DNA of 64,000 nt from Polyangiaceae bacterium (GCA_050287085.1 JBNKBE010000021.1:1124-65123), one strand, 5' to 3'. Numbered from the stretch's first letter, positions 52,266 through 61,958 are shown. Numbers and translations are program-made. The notes: a model not told the origin generated them from the sequence alone.

Positions 52266-52281
52266 TGGCACGGCGCGTGCT
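52266..52281 (+). promoter_or_regulatory. sigma54 promoter candidate for flgB-...-fliP operon
   Basis: TGGCACGgcgcGTGCT. The -12 C (52280) lies 14 nt before the flgB GTG (52294). Confidence 0.6.
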
Positions 52282-52293
52282 CATAGGAATCCC

Positions 52294-52692
52294 GTGGCGG
52301 ATCTCTTTTCGGGCGTGGCCCCTTTCCAGCGTGCACTCGACTTCCATTTGGAACGGCACAACTTGTTGGCCTCGAACGTCGCGCATGTGGATACCCCCGG
52401 CTACAAGCCGAAGGACGTAGAGCGCACGAGCCACACCGCGTTTGGGGAGGCCTTGAGCGTAGCGATGGCGCGCTCCAACCCAACACATATGAACGTGGGG
52501 GGGGGCGCCGGCGCAGAAGGTCGCGTTTTCGAAGACCTGAGCGCCGGGGGCGGAGCGGATGGCAACTACGTTTCCTTGGATCGTGAGGCCGCCAAACTGG
52601 CGGCCAATCAGCTGCGCTACGATCTTGTCAGTGTGTTGGTGAGCAGTGAACTGAAGGGGCTGATGTCAGCCGCTGGCGACATGAAGGGGTGA
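52294..52692 (+). CDS. flgB: Proximal rod protein FlgB
   Basis: RHNLLASNVAHVDTPGYKPKD and C-terminal LDREAAKLAANQLRYD. GTG start. Confidence 0.9.
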   Translation: MADLFSGVAPFQRALDFHLERHNLLASNVAHVDTPGYKPKDVERTSHTAFGEALSVAMARSNPTHMNVGGGAGAEGRVFEDLSAGGGADGNYVSLDREAAKLAANQLRYDLVSVLVSSELKGLMSAAGDMKG

Positions 52693-52698
52693 TGTCTG

Positions 52699-53130
52699 AT
52701 GTTGGGTGTCTTTAGTGCAATGGAGATCTCCGCGTCTGGGCTATCGGCCCAGCGCACTCGCATGAACACCATCGCGAGCAATCTGGCGAACTCGCGGACA
52801 ACGCGGACTGAAGCTGGCGGACCGTATCAGCGTGTAGATCCAGTGTTTCGAGCCGTGGCTCTGGAGAAGATGCGGGCGCTAACTCCGGCGGAACACTCCG
52901 TGAGTTTGGTGGGGGTTGCGCAGATCGCAAGCGATCCACGTCCAGGACCTGTTGTCTATGAACCGACGCACCCCGATGCCAATGCAGAAGGCTACGTCGA
53001 GTACCCCAACGTCAACGTCGTAGAAGAAATGGTCAACATGATCACGGCTTCGCGCGCGTATGAGGCCGGCATCACGTCCATTGAGGCGGTGAAGGGGCTA
53101 GCGCAGTCGGCGTTAGAGATAGGCAAGTAA
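52699..53130 (+). CDS. flgC: Proximal rod protein FlgC
   Basis: SASGLSAQRTRMNTIASNLANSRTT and C-terminal YPNVNVVEEMVNMITASRAYEA. Confidence 0.95.
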   Translation: MLGVFSAMEISASGLSAQRTRMNTIASNLANSRTTRTEAGGPYQRVDPVFRAVALEKMRALTPAEHSVSLVGVAQIASDPRPGPVVYEPTHPDANAEGYVEYPNVNVVEEMVNMITASRAYEAGITSIEAVKGLAQSALEIGK

Positions 53131-53131
53131 C

Positions 53132-53458
53132 GTGGGGATCGCACCCGTCGGTCCGGCGCCGTTTCCGCTTGAAGCAGGCGGGACTTCGAGCCCCCAGGCA
53201 TTTCGACCGGTATCGCCCGATGGTGGACAGGTCGAGAAGGTCTCCTTTGCTGACGTATTTGGACAGATGGTGGTTTCTGCCAATCAGCAATCTCAGGTCG
53301 CGGAACAGGCGGCTGTGATGCTCGCCGAGGGGCGCAGCGATGATATTCATGGCACGATGATCGAGGGGCAGAAGGCCGCGATCCAGACCAAGTTGGTGGG
53401 TCAGGTGAAGAACAAGGTGGTCGACGCCTTCTATGAGCTCTGGCGGATGAACATCTAG
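53132..53458 (+). CDS. fliE: Hook-basal body protein FliE
   Basis: FADVFGQMV...DIHGTMIEGQKAAIQTKLVGQVKNKVVDAFYELWRM. GTG start 1 nt after the flgC stop. Confidence 0.85.
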   Translation: MGIAPVGPAPFPLEAGGTSSPQAFRPVSPDGGQVEKVSFADVFGQMVVSANQQSQVAEQAAVMLAEGRSDDIHGTMIEGQKAAIQTKLVGQVKNKVVDAFYELWRMNI

Positions 53459-53469
53459 GGCAGCAGACT

Positions 53470-55098
53470 TTGGCTTTCTGGCAACAACTCAGAACTCTCT
53501 GGGCGTCCTTATCTACGGTGAAGCGCTACGCGCTCGTCGGCATGACGCTTGGCGTACTGATCATCGTTGCCGCCGTCGCTTTGATTGGTGCGCAGGTTAA
53601 CTACGTCTACCTGTATACGGAGTTGGAACCCCGCGATGCGGCGGCGATTGTGGAGAAGCTGGGCGAGCTGCAGGTCCCTCACGAGATTGAGGCGGGGGGG
53701 ACGGCTGTCAAGGTGCCTCGCAAGCGACTGCACGAGGTCCGACTGGCGCTTGCCGCGGAGGGCCTGCCCTCCGGTGGCGGCGTTGGCAATGAGCTCTTTG
53801 ATACAGCACGGCTTGGAGCCACGGAGTTCGAGCAAGAGGTCAACCTAAGGCGGGCCCTGGAGGGCGAACTTGCGCGCACCATTGCAACGATTGACGGCGT
53901 GGACAGTGCGCGTGTTCACCTGGTGCTCCCGAAGCGACGACTCTTTGCCGGTCGTACGGAGGGCGCGTCGGCTTCCGTATTGCTGCACTCTCGTGGAGGG
54001 AGTCGGGTCGGGCGACGCGAGGTAAACGCTATCGTCCATCTCGTGGCGACGGCCGTGCCGCAGCTGACTCATGAGCGCGTCGCGGTTATCGGTTCGGACG
54101 GCGCGACGCTGCATCGACCCGAATCGGAGCAGGAGTCGGGCGTGAGCGACGCACAGCTCGACCGGCAGCGTGAGGCGGAGCGCGAGCTGGAGTCCCGCGT
54201 ACGCTCGCTCTTGGAGCGCTCGACGGGACCCGGAGCGGTTGAAGTTCGCGTGCACCTTGACGTGGATACGTCGGCGCGAGAGCGTACTGAGGAACGCTTC
54301 AATCCGACCAATACCGCCGTTCGCAGCGAGCACAAGACGGAGGAACTGACGGGAGTACAGGAGGCGACCGTCGCGGGGGTGCCCGGAGCGGCGGCAAACC
54401 TACCCAACGTTGCCCCGGCGGTGGCTCCGGAACTGGCGGGTGGCGAGGGCAACCTGGTGCGACGCAGCCACACCCGCAACTGGGAAGTCGACCGGGTTGT
54501 CGAAAAGACCCAACTGCCGCCCGGGCAACTGGAGCGCCTCAGCGTTGCCGTGTTGGTGGACGGCAAATACGAACTGAAAGAAGGTCAGGAAGTATACACC
54601 CCGCGACCGCAGGAGGAATTGGATCAGTTCCGCGCTGTCGTGGCGACGGCGGTTGGCTTCGACGAAAAGCGGGGGGACTTGATAGAGTTGCGCTCTCTCC
54701 GCTTCTCTCGGCCACCGCCGCCGGAGCCCGAGCTCCCCGATCCAATGCGCAAGGTGCGGCAGTACGCCCCCTACGCGGCGGCAGCTTTTGGGGCATTGGT
54801 TGTGTTGTCGGCGCTAGCCATCGTGTTACGACGCAAGCGCAGGTTGGCGCAGAAGTTTGAGAAAGAGCTGCAGGCGCGCGCCGAACACGAGGAGGAGTTG
54901 CGCTTGGCGGCGGCGGAAGCGCGACTGCTGGAGGAAGAGTCTCAGGCGACGACTGATGAGCTCGACCCGACCAGAGCTTTGCATCGCCGCACCGAGGCCT
55001 TGGAGATCGCGACGAGTGATCCGGCGACGGCGGCCATTGTGCTTCGCCAGTGGTTGCATGAAGGGTCGGAAATAAAAGGAGCAAACGCGGGTGGATAA
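53470..55098 (+). CDS. fliF: MS-ring protein FliF
   Basis: N-terminal TM helix, ELRRALEGELARTI.....V.SARVHLVLP pattern, second TM helix near the C-terminus, 542 aa. TTG start. Confidence 0.95.
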   Translation: MAFWQQLRTLWASLSTVKRYALVGMTLGVLIIVAAVALIGAQVNYVYLYTELEPRDAAAIVEKLGELQVPHEIEAGGTAVKVPRKRLHEVRLALAAEGLPSGGGVGNELFDTARLGATEFEQEVNLRRALEGELARTIATIDGVDSARVHLVLPKRRLFAGRTEGASASVLLHSRGGSRVGRREVNAIVHLVATAVPQLTHERVAVIGSDGATLHRPESEQESGVSDAQLDRQREAERELESRVRSLLERSTGPGAVEVRVHLDVDTSARERTEERFNPTNTAVRSEHKTEELTGVQEATVAGVPGAAANLPNVAPAVAPELAGGEGNLVRRSHTRNWEVDRVVEKTQLPPGQLERLSVAVLVDGKYELKEGQEVYTPRPQEELDQFRAVVATAVGFDEKRGDLIELRSLRFSRPPPPEPELPDPMRKVRQYAPYAAAAFGALVVLSALAIVLRRKRRLAQKFEKELQARAEHEEELRLAAAEARLLEEESQATTDELDPTRALHRRTEALEIATSDPATAAIVLRQWLHEGSEIKGANAGG

Positions 55099-56089
55099 CG
55101 GGGCACAGAAAGCGCTTTCCGGACCGGAGAAGGCCGTACTACTGCTGTTGTCGCTTGAGGAGACGGCGGCCTCGCCGATCGTGGCTGAGCTCGAAGCCGA
55201 GGATGTCCAGCGCTTGCGCGAGGTTGCACAGCATATGCGGAGTGTTCCGGCCTCAGCGCTTGACGCCGTGTACGACGACTTCGTGCGGCGCTCTCAGGTG
55301 GCCGTGGCTGTGCCCAAAGGTGGCCTGGGCTATCTGCGGCGCCTCACCAGTCGTGCTCTAGGTGAGGAGACCACTCAGGCGATATTCCAAGATAGTCCGC
55401 CCACGGCGATCGAGCGCGTGGCGGCGGCGGATGGGCATACCTTGGCCGGGCTCCTGGAAGGGGAGCATCCGCAGTTGGTAGCTGCGTTGCTGTCGCAACT
55501 GTCAGCGGAACGGTCTGCCGCGGTAATCGAGGCATTGCCCGAAGGCGTTCGTGCAACGGTGCTTCAGCGGCTTGGAGCGCTGACGGAAATACCGCGCTCA
55601 TTGCTCGAGGGTGTGGCTGAGGCTCTACTCGCCGAGCTGCCGGGGGAGAGTTCCAACGAGACGCTGGCCATCAATGGCGTCAAGCGTTCGGCTCAGCTGG
55701 TGCGCAGTTTGAGCAAAGAAACCTGCGAGGCACTGCTTGGCGACGTGGAAAACCTCGACGAGGAATTGGCAACGGAGATCCGCCGAGCCATGTACTCGTT
55801 TGACGACCTTCGAGCGATCGATCCTCGTGCGATGCGTGAGCTGCTCAAGGCAGTTCCAGGCGACCGACTCACTCTTGCGCTCAAGACCGCTAGCGTGGAG
55901 ATGCGGACGCATATCTTCGGCGGAATGTCGAAACGCGCTGCGGAGCGGATTCAGGAAGACCTCGATCTCTTGGGCGCTGTGCGCCTGAGCGAGGTCGAAC
56001 AAGCCCAGACCGAAATCGTCGAAATCGCTCTGAGGTTGGAAGCAGAAGGTACTCTTTCGTTAGGAAATGACGGTGAAGACCTCGTTTAA
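55091..56089 (+). CDS. fliG: Rotor/switch protein FliG
   Basis: LSGPEKAVLLLLSL, the MYSFDDL region, and C-terminal KRAAERIQEDL..LG.VRLSEVEQAQ..IV. Confidence 0.95.
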   Translation: MDNGAQKALSGPEKAVLLLLSLEETAASPIVAELEAEDVQRLREVAQHMRSVPASALDAVYDDFVRRSQVAVAVPKGGLGYLRRLTSRALGEETTQAIFQDSPPTAIERVAAADGHTLAGLLEGEHPQLVAALLSQLSAERSAAVIEALPEGVRATVLQRLGALTEIPRSLLEGVAEALLAELPGESSNETLAINGVKRSAQLVRSLSKETCEALLGDVENLDEELATEIRRAMYSFDDLRAIDPRAMRELLKAVPGDRLTLALKTASVEMRTHIFGGMSKRAAERIQEDLDLLGAVRLSEVEQAQTEIVEIALRLEAEGTLSLGNDGEDLV

Positions 56090-56867
56090 AAAGCCTCGAA
56101 TGACTCCCGACGGTGAGGTGAAGTTTGCAGATGTCGCAAGCCATCGGCCAGCACCGCCGTCGTGGCTGACCTCCGCCGAGGCGATGCTGACCGACCCCAC
56201 GGTGAGCAGTCTCAGGCCGCCTCGCATTCCTCGTGAAGGCCTGGAGTTCGTGTCTAGTGAACGACCGCGCGTGGACTCGACGCCGCCTACTACCGTCGGC
56301 ACGTGGTTGAAGGATCTTGACGGAATGCGCAAAGCGCGGCCTGCGTCGGTTCCCGCTCCCGGAGAGGTGTCGGACGTGCTGAGAGGGGGGGAGCCGGCCG
56401 TGCGTCGCGTCGACACGCTGATCGATGACCTGAACCCACGGGCGGATGAAGAAGCCGTTCAGGCGATTGAGGCGGCCCTGGCGGAAGTGGTTGCGGAGCG
56501 GCAGCGACAATTGATGGACGCAGAAGAACAACTGTTGGAGTTGGTCAGCGTGATAGCGCGACGGGTGATAGCGCGGGAGCTATCGCTTGACCCCTCATTG
56601 ATTCGCGGCGTGGTCACGGAGGGGGTCCTTGCCTTGGCGGAGCAGGATCACGTTGTCGTCAAACTCGGGGACTTCTTCGGTGAGGTCTTGGAGCAGGTCG
56701 CGGCCGCTGCGGCCCAGATCGGCGTTGAGGCGGAGGTGATTGTGGATCCGGCGCTTGGACCTTACGGCTGCAGGATCGAGACCCGCTGGGGCAGCGTCAA
56801 CGAGGCGGTGGAGGAGCGGCTATCGAATCTGCTGGCGAGCATTAGCATCTACCCGCCGAGGCGTTGA
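56067..56867 (+). CDS. fliH: Flagellar export protein FliH
   Basis: EEQLLELVSVIARRVIARELSLDP...VV.LGDFF. It lies between fliG and fliI and overlaps both. Confidence 0.8.
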   Translation: MTVKTSFKKPRMTPDGEVKFADVASHRPAPPSWLTSAEAMLTDPTVSSLRPPRIPREGLEFVSSERPRVDSTPPTTVGTWLKDLDGMRKARPASVPAPGEVSDVLRGGEPAVRRVDTLIDDLNPRADEEAVQAIEAALAEVVAERQRQLMDAEEQLLELVSVIARRVIARELSLDPSLIRGVVTEGVLALAEQDHVVVKLGDFFGEVLEQVAAAAAQIGVEAEVIVDPALGPYGCRIETRWGSVNEAVEERLSNLLASISIYPPRR

Positions 56868-58180
56868 TGTCGGAGCGGCTTGAACGGTTGGTTGCGCGGG
56901 CTCACGACGCACCCATGCACCAGCCCGTGGGCGTCGTAGTCGACGTGGTGGGCCTGGTGGTAGAGGTGGCGGGTCTCAAGGCGGGGGTCGGTGACTTGCT
57001 CGAGGTGGTCGATCCGTCCGCGGGTGGACTGCTCTTGGAGGTGGTGGGGTTTCGCGACAACAAGCTCCAGGCGACGCCCCTGGGCGCCACCTCCGGGATC
57101 CGTCCGGGCGCCGCCGTTCGACTGAGCAGTAGCCAGGCGCAGGTGGCTGTGGGCCCTCATCTGCTAGGACAGATCCTCGATGCGTTTGGGCGCTCTTTGG
57201 AGGGCAAACGAATGCCCCGCGGTCACCGATACCCGCTCAAGGCGGCGCCGCCGCCGCCTTTCGGACGCCGTCCTATCGACCGGGCATTGGGCACGGGCGT
57301 GCGGGCTATCGATACCCTGCTCACCCTGGGCGTGGGGCAGCGCATGGGCATCTTTGCCGGAGCGGGGGTTGGCAAGAGCACCCTGCTCGGCATGATCTGC
57401 CGTAAGTCAACAGCCGACATCAACGTGGTAGGGCTGATCGGAGAACGTGGGCGGGAGCTCAATGACTTCGTGCGCAACAGTCTGGGAGCGGACGGCATGG
57501 CGCGCAGTGTCGTCGTGGCGGCAACCAGCGATCAGCCGCCTCTTGTGCGTGCGCGTGGTGCTGAGACAGCCACGGCGATAGCGGAGTACTTTCGCGATCA
57601 GGGCAAGAGCGTGTTGCTCGTCATGGACTCGGTCACACGCTACGCGATGGCTCTGCGTGAAGCCGCGTTGGCGGCGGGTGAACCGCCGGCGACCAAGGGC
57701 TATCCGCCCAGCGTCTTCGCGGCTCTACCCAGGCTGATGGAAAGGCCTGGTACCTCCAGCGGTGAGGGGGTTATCACGGCACTCTACACTGTCTTCGTCG
57801 AGGGGGACGACCTCAGCGATCCGATCGCCGACGCCGCTCGCGGCATTCTAGACGGACACATCGTCATGTCTCGACGGCTGGCAGAAAAAGGCCACTTTCC
57901 CGCGATTGACGCGCTTCAGAGCGTGTCGCGTCTGGCGCCCGAAGTGACCGACCAGCGACAGCGTGACCTAGCCAACCACACTCGGCGACTGCTGGGAGCT
58001 TATCGGGATGCCCAGGACCTTATCCAAGTCGGGGCCTATGTCAGTGGAAGCGACCCTGCTGTCGACGAAGCACTGTCCGCGGTACCGCGCATCGAGGCCT
58101 TTTTGCGGCAGCCAGTTGCAGAAACAACTCCGTTCAAGGAGTCGTGGGCGCGCCTGCAGCAGGCTCTCGCCGTACGATAA
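56864..58180 (+). CDS. fliI: Flagellum-specific ATPase FliI
   Basis: Walker A GIFAGAGVGKSTLLGMI, Walker B VLLVMDSVTRYA, HFPAIDALQSVSR. Confidence 0.95.
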   Translation: MMSERLERLVARAHDAPMHQPVGVVVDVVGLVVEVAGLKAGVGDLLEVVDPSAGGLLLEVVGFRDNKLQATPLGATSGIRPGAAVRLSSSQAQVAVGPHLLGQILDAFGRSLEGKRMPRGHRYPLKAAPPPPFGRRPIDRALGTGVRAIDTLLTLGVGQRMGIFAGAGVGKSTLLGMICRKSTADINVVGLIGERGRELNDFVRNSLGADGMARSVVVAATSDQPPLVRARGAETATAIAEYFRDQGKSVLLVMDSVTRYAMALREAALAAGEPPATKGYPPSVFAALPRLMERPGTSSGEGVITALYTVFVEGDDLSDPIADAARGILDGHIVMSRRLAEKGHFPAIDALQSVSRLAPEVTDQRQRDLANHTRRLLGAYRDAQDLIQVGAYVSGSDPAVDEALSAVPRIEAFLRQPVAETTPFKESWARLQQALAVR

Positions 58181-58226
58181 CCTCTGGAGCGGCGCTCCTT
58201 ACAAGCACTAACCCCGCAACTCTCCC

Positions 58227-58670
58227 ATGGAACAGCGACTGAAGAAGCTTGCTACCTTGCTGAGCCTGCGCGAGCGGGAGCTTCACGGGGAGATGCGGCT
58301 ATTGGCTCAGGCACGCGCCCATGAACGGAACGCGGAGGAGGTAGAGCGAGAGGCCAATCAAGCAGTGACCCACGCTATCGAGCGTCGGCGCAGCTTGGCG
58401 ACTCGAGCTGCCGGCGCTGAAGACTACCTCGTCGCCGACAATTGGACAGAGACGACACTCATGCGTCTGCGACGCGCGCAGCTATCACACCGCCGCGCCA
58501 AGACCGAGACTGCACGCTCCGCAGCTCGTGTGATGACGGCTCAAAACCGCGTCACGCAGGTTGAGACACTGATCGCTCGAGTGCGGGCGGAATTGGATGC
58601 TGAGCTGCGTCGCAAAGAGCGCCGACTCGAGGACGAAATCACTCAGAACCTGACCAGGAGAAATCGATGA
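58227..58670 (+). CDS. fliJ: Flagellar export chaperone/stalk protein FliJ
   Basis: 147-aa coiled-coil protein immediately after fliI. Confidence 0.75.
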   Translation: MEQRLKKLATLLSLRERELHGEMRLLAQARAHERNAEEVEREANQAVTHAIERRRSLATRAAGAEDYLVADNWTETTLMRLRRAQLSHRRAKTETARSAARVMTAQNRVTQVETLIARVRAELDAELRRKERRLEDEITQNLTRRNR

Positions 58671-59281
58671 CGGCTGATGCAAGCAACGGGGTAGGACGAG
58701 GTGTGGCCCCTGGTCACTCAGAGCCAGAGGTGCGAGCCAGCGATGCCCAACGCGAGGAGTGGGCCATGCTCTTGGCGCGCCGCGTTGAGAGTGAGCTCAG
58801 AGACGTCGTAATCCCCGCCGCCGAAGCGGGCGCGGAGGGCGAGGGCCACAGCGCCGGCAGAATGACACCGGTTCGCGGATCGCTTGACGGTGTGGTGTCG
58901 GTCGCCTCCGGGACGGAGACTGGTGCTCAAGAACCCGCGCCTCTAAATCGCGTCTGGGGCGAACTTGAACTTCAGGGTATGGGTCGCATTCGCTTTGCCG
59001 TGGCGCGAGAAAACGGGAATATTTCCGTAGTCTTAGGGGTGGAAAATCTGCAGCAGAGGGCCCTCGTGGAACTGGAGAAGGGGACTCTTCTGCAGCGCCT
59101 CGAGCAAAGTGGCCTAAAGGTTGCTTCTGTGACTGTGACCAGCCCGGAAGCGGCTGGCACCGCGCTTGCTCAACCTCGGAAGGCAATCCAGCGTCACGGA
59201 GCCGATGGGCTCATCAACGCTTACCAACGGCGCAGCAAGCAGGACGAAGAGCAAGAATCTGAGCTTTCGCTCATTGGTTGA
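58667..59281 (+). CDS. fliK: Short FliK-like hook-length control protein
   Basis: The C-terminal LELQGMGRIRFAVARENGNISVVLGVENLQQRALVE...LLQRLEQSGLKVASVTV matches the Flg_hook domain pattern. Only 204 aa. Confidence 0.65.
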   Translation: MTADASNGVGRGVAPGHSEPEVRASDAQREEWAMLLARRVESELRDVVIPAAEAGAEGEGHSAGRMTPVRGSLDGVVSVASGTETGAQEPAPLNRVWGELELQGMGRIRFAVARENGNISVVLGVENLQQRALVELEKGTLLQRLEQSGLKVASVTVTSPEAAGTALAQPRKAIQRHGADGLINAYQRRSKQDEEQESELSLIG

Positions 59282-59291
59282 TGGAGCAGTT

Positions 59292-59981
59292 ATGGTAGCA
59301 GCAATTGGCGCTTCACAGAGTCTAGGGGCGGGCAGTCTAGCCGACGCGCTCGGTGGCGATGAGTCGCTCGACAAGCAGGCGTTCTTGAAGCTGCTCGTCG
59401 CTCAACTGCAGTATCAAGACCCCCTTGAACCACAAGAGAACTCTGAGTTCGTTGCGCAACTTGCGCAGTTTACCTCGCTCGAGCAGACCGTTGGCATCAA
59501 CGACCGCTTGGATATGCTCGCAATTCAGAGTCAAGGCCTGGCCAATACGGAGGTCGTCAATCTCGTCGGAAAGGCTGCTACCGTGCGAGGTCAGATTGCG
59601 ACGCTTTCGGAGACGGGCGAGCCGGTCCCATTGCGATTCTCGCTGGGCGGGCCAGCTGAGAAGGTGAATATCACTGTTCGGGATGAGTCTGGACGCGTGG
59701 TCCGGAACCTCGAGCTGGGTCCCCACAAGGTTGGACTCGTAACCAATGCCATCTGGGATGGCAAGAACGACGCCGGTGTGCTGCAGCCGGCGGGGCGCTA
59801 TACGATTGGCGTTAGTGCTGAAGCTGCAGGCGAGGTGCCGGTTTCGGTGACGCAAGAGGTCACCGGAATCGTCCAATCGGTTTCGTATACTCGGGGCTTC
59901 CCCGAGCTGACATTGGATAACGGGCTAGCCGTTCCGGTTGCTGACCTGCTCAAGGTCGAATCTTCCCCCACCACTAAATAA
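59292..59981 (+). CDS. flgD: Hook cap protein FlgD
   Basis: DKQAFLKLLVAQLQYQDPLEPQENSEFVAQLAQFTSLEQ. The ATG at 59292 was chosen within the longer ORF. Confidence 0.9.
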   Translation: MVAAIGASQSLGAGSLADALGGDESLDKQAFLKLLVAQLQYQDPLEPQENSEFVAQLAQFTSLEQTVGINDRLDMLAIQSQGLANTEVVNLVGKAATVRGQIATLSETGEPVPLRFSLGGPAEKVNITVRDESGRVVRNLELGPHKVGLVTNAIWDGKNDAGVLQPAGRYTIGVSAEAAGEVPVSVTQEVTGIVQSVSYTRGFPELTLDNGLAVPVADLLKVESSPTTK

Positions 59982-60002
59982 GGATCGAGTCAGGAGGACT
60001 CT

Positions 60003-61301
60003 ATGGTTTTGCGTGCAATGTTTTCAGGTGTGTCAGGCCTTCGTGCTGAAGGTGAGGCACTAGGCGTCGTCGGTGACAACATCGCCAACGTCAACACTGT
60101 TGGATACAAAAGGCAACGGGCGATCTTTCAGGATGTGTTGGGGCACTCCATCTTAGCGGGGACAGCGTCAGCGCTGCCTGGAGCAGGAACCCGCGTGGGG
60201 GACATTCAGCAGATGTTTACCCAGGGGTCACTGGCTAACACTGGTGTTTCAACCGATATCGCTCTCAACGGAGATGGATTTTTTGTCGTAAACGGTACTG
60301 TCGACGGGATCTCTGGCAATTTCTATACACGTGCCGGTCAGATGACGATCGACAAGGACGGATACCTAGTCAACCCTGACTCCTTACAGGTGCAGGGGTA
60401 TGCACAGAATCCGGACGGTACGCTGCAGGCGGCGGTGTCATCGCTCAGAGTTCCCACGGCGTCGCTTGCTCCGCACGCGACTGAGGCAATCAGTATCACC
60501 GCCAACCTTGATGCAGGAACAGCCGTCAGGACAGACACGTTTGATCTGACGCAACCCACAGCTACTGCCGACTACAGTACTTCGATCGTCGTGTACGATA
60601 GCCTGGGGGATGCTCGTACGCTCGACGTCTACTTCCGCAAGACCGCGGAAAATTCGTGGGACTACCATGTCGTGGCAGACGGGGCTGAACTGGCAACGGG
60701 TACTCCGGCCGGAGAGTTCGAGGAGCTGGTTCAGGGTACGCTCAGCTTCACGACGGACGGTGCGCTCGACACGTCTCCATTGACGACCATCGTGGCGGAC
60801 TTTGCCGGAGGGGCGACGCCAGGGCAGGAGATCGTCCTCAACTTTGGCGACGATATTGCCAGCGGCGCAAGCGGCCTCGCCGGCACCACGCAATTCTCGT
60901 CGGCTTCGGCTGTTTCATCGCAAAGCCAAGACGGCTACGCGTCGGGCGAGTTCAGCGGCGTTGCCATCGACGGCCAGGGCCTTGTTCAGGGCTTGTATAC
61001 CAACGGGCAGAAGATCGGCATCGGTCAACTTGCGGTCGCGAAATTCCGGTCCAATGATGGCCTAGGAAGGGCCGGGGCGGGGCTGTGGATCGAAACCCGG
61101 GAGAGTGGTACGGCCGCGCTCGGTGGGGCCGGTAGCGGTGGTCGTGCGTCCGTTTCGGCGGGAGCACTGGAGCAATCCAACGTGGATCTCGCTGAGGAGT
61201 TCGTGGGCCTGATTCAGCATCAGCGTTCGTTCTCGGCTAACTCGCGAACAATCACGACCGCCGACGAGATGCTACAGGAACTCATTAACATCAAGCGGTA
61301 G
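60003..61301 (+). CDS. flgE: Flagellar hook protein FlgE
   Basis: MFSGVSGLRAEGEALGVVGDNIANVNTVGYK and C-terminal LEQSNVDLAEEFVGLIQHQRSFSANSR. AGGAGG RBS. Confidence 0.95.
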   Translation: MVLRAMFSGVSGLRAEGEALGVVGDNIANVNTVGYKRQRAIFQDVLGHSILAGTASALPGAGTRVGDIQQMFTQGSLANTGVSTDIALNGDGFFVVNGTVDGISGNFYTRAGQMTIDKDGYLVNPDSLQVQGYAQNPDGTLQAAVSSLRVPTASLAPHATEAISITANLDAGTAVRTDTFDLTQPTATADYSTSIVVYDSLGDARTLDVYFRKTAENSWDYHVVADGAELATGTPAGEFEELVQGTLSFTTDGALDTSPLTTIVADFAGGATPGQEIVLNFGDDIASGASGLAGTTQFSSASAVSSQSQDGYASGEFSGVAIDGQGLVQGLYTNGQKIGIGQLAVAKFRSNDGLGRAGAGLWIETRESGTAALGGAGSGGRASVSAGALEQSNVDLAEEFVGLIQHQRSFSANSRTITTADEMLQELINIKR

Positions 61302-61343
61302 CGTCCGTAGTTAGTCACAGAACCCCAAGTACAAAGGTGTGAA

Positions 61344-61853
61344 GTGGCGACCAACGACGACGCTGCCGAGGCAGCTCCGGCCCCGAAGAAAAGCAAGCTT
61401 GGGCTCATCATCACGATTGTAGTCGGGGTGGTGGTCCTCGTCGGCGGTGTGGCTGCTGGGGCGATGCTCGGCCCGAAGCTATTGGGCGGGCCGGCCCCGG
61501 CGGAAGCGGAAGCGACCGCAGCACCGGCGGAGCCGGCTGTCCCCGAGAAGGTCGTTACCGCGACGTTCGACCCCATCGTGATCGATATCGGGGGTCGCAA
61601 CAGTATCCGCCATCATCTCAAGGTTGGCCTTTCCGCCGAGCTTAGGGACGGAATCACTGAGGACGACTTTCGACTCGTTGCACCGCGAGGTCGCGAGGCG
61701 GCCTTGACCTATCTCCGCACACTCGACTTCGAGACGGTTACAGATCCCAAGAAGTATCAATCTATCCGCAAGAGTCTCTCAAAGCGTATCAAGAAGGCCG
61801 TTGGCGAAGACAAGGTGCATCGAATCCTGCTGGTCGACTTTGTTGCTCAGTGA
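61344..61853 (+). CDS. fliL: Basal-body-associated protein FliL
   Basis: Single N-terminal TM helix LGLIITIVVGVVVLVGGVAAG and the C-terminal ...KVHRILLVDFVAQ pattern. GTG start. Confidence 0.8.
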   Translation: MATNDDAAEAAPAPKKSKLGLIITIVVGVVVLVGGVAAGAMLGPKLLGGPAPAEAEATAAPAEPAVPEKVVTATFDPIVIDIGGRNSIRHHLKVGLSAELRDGITEDDFRLVAPRGREAALTYLRTLDFETVTDPKKYQSIRKSLSKRIKKAVGEDKVHRILLVDFVAQ

Positions 61854-61958
61854 CAGCGAGACCCCTGGAGGACGCGGCCACTCCACGTAGAGGGGGGCGC
61901 GTTGTGCTCATAACAGGACTGCGCTCAGGACGAGTTTCGGTTTCGTTGGACGCCAAGG

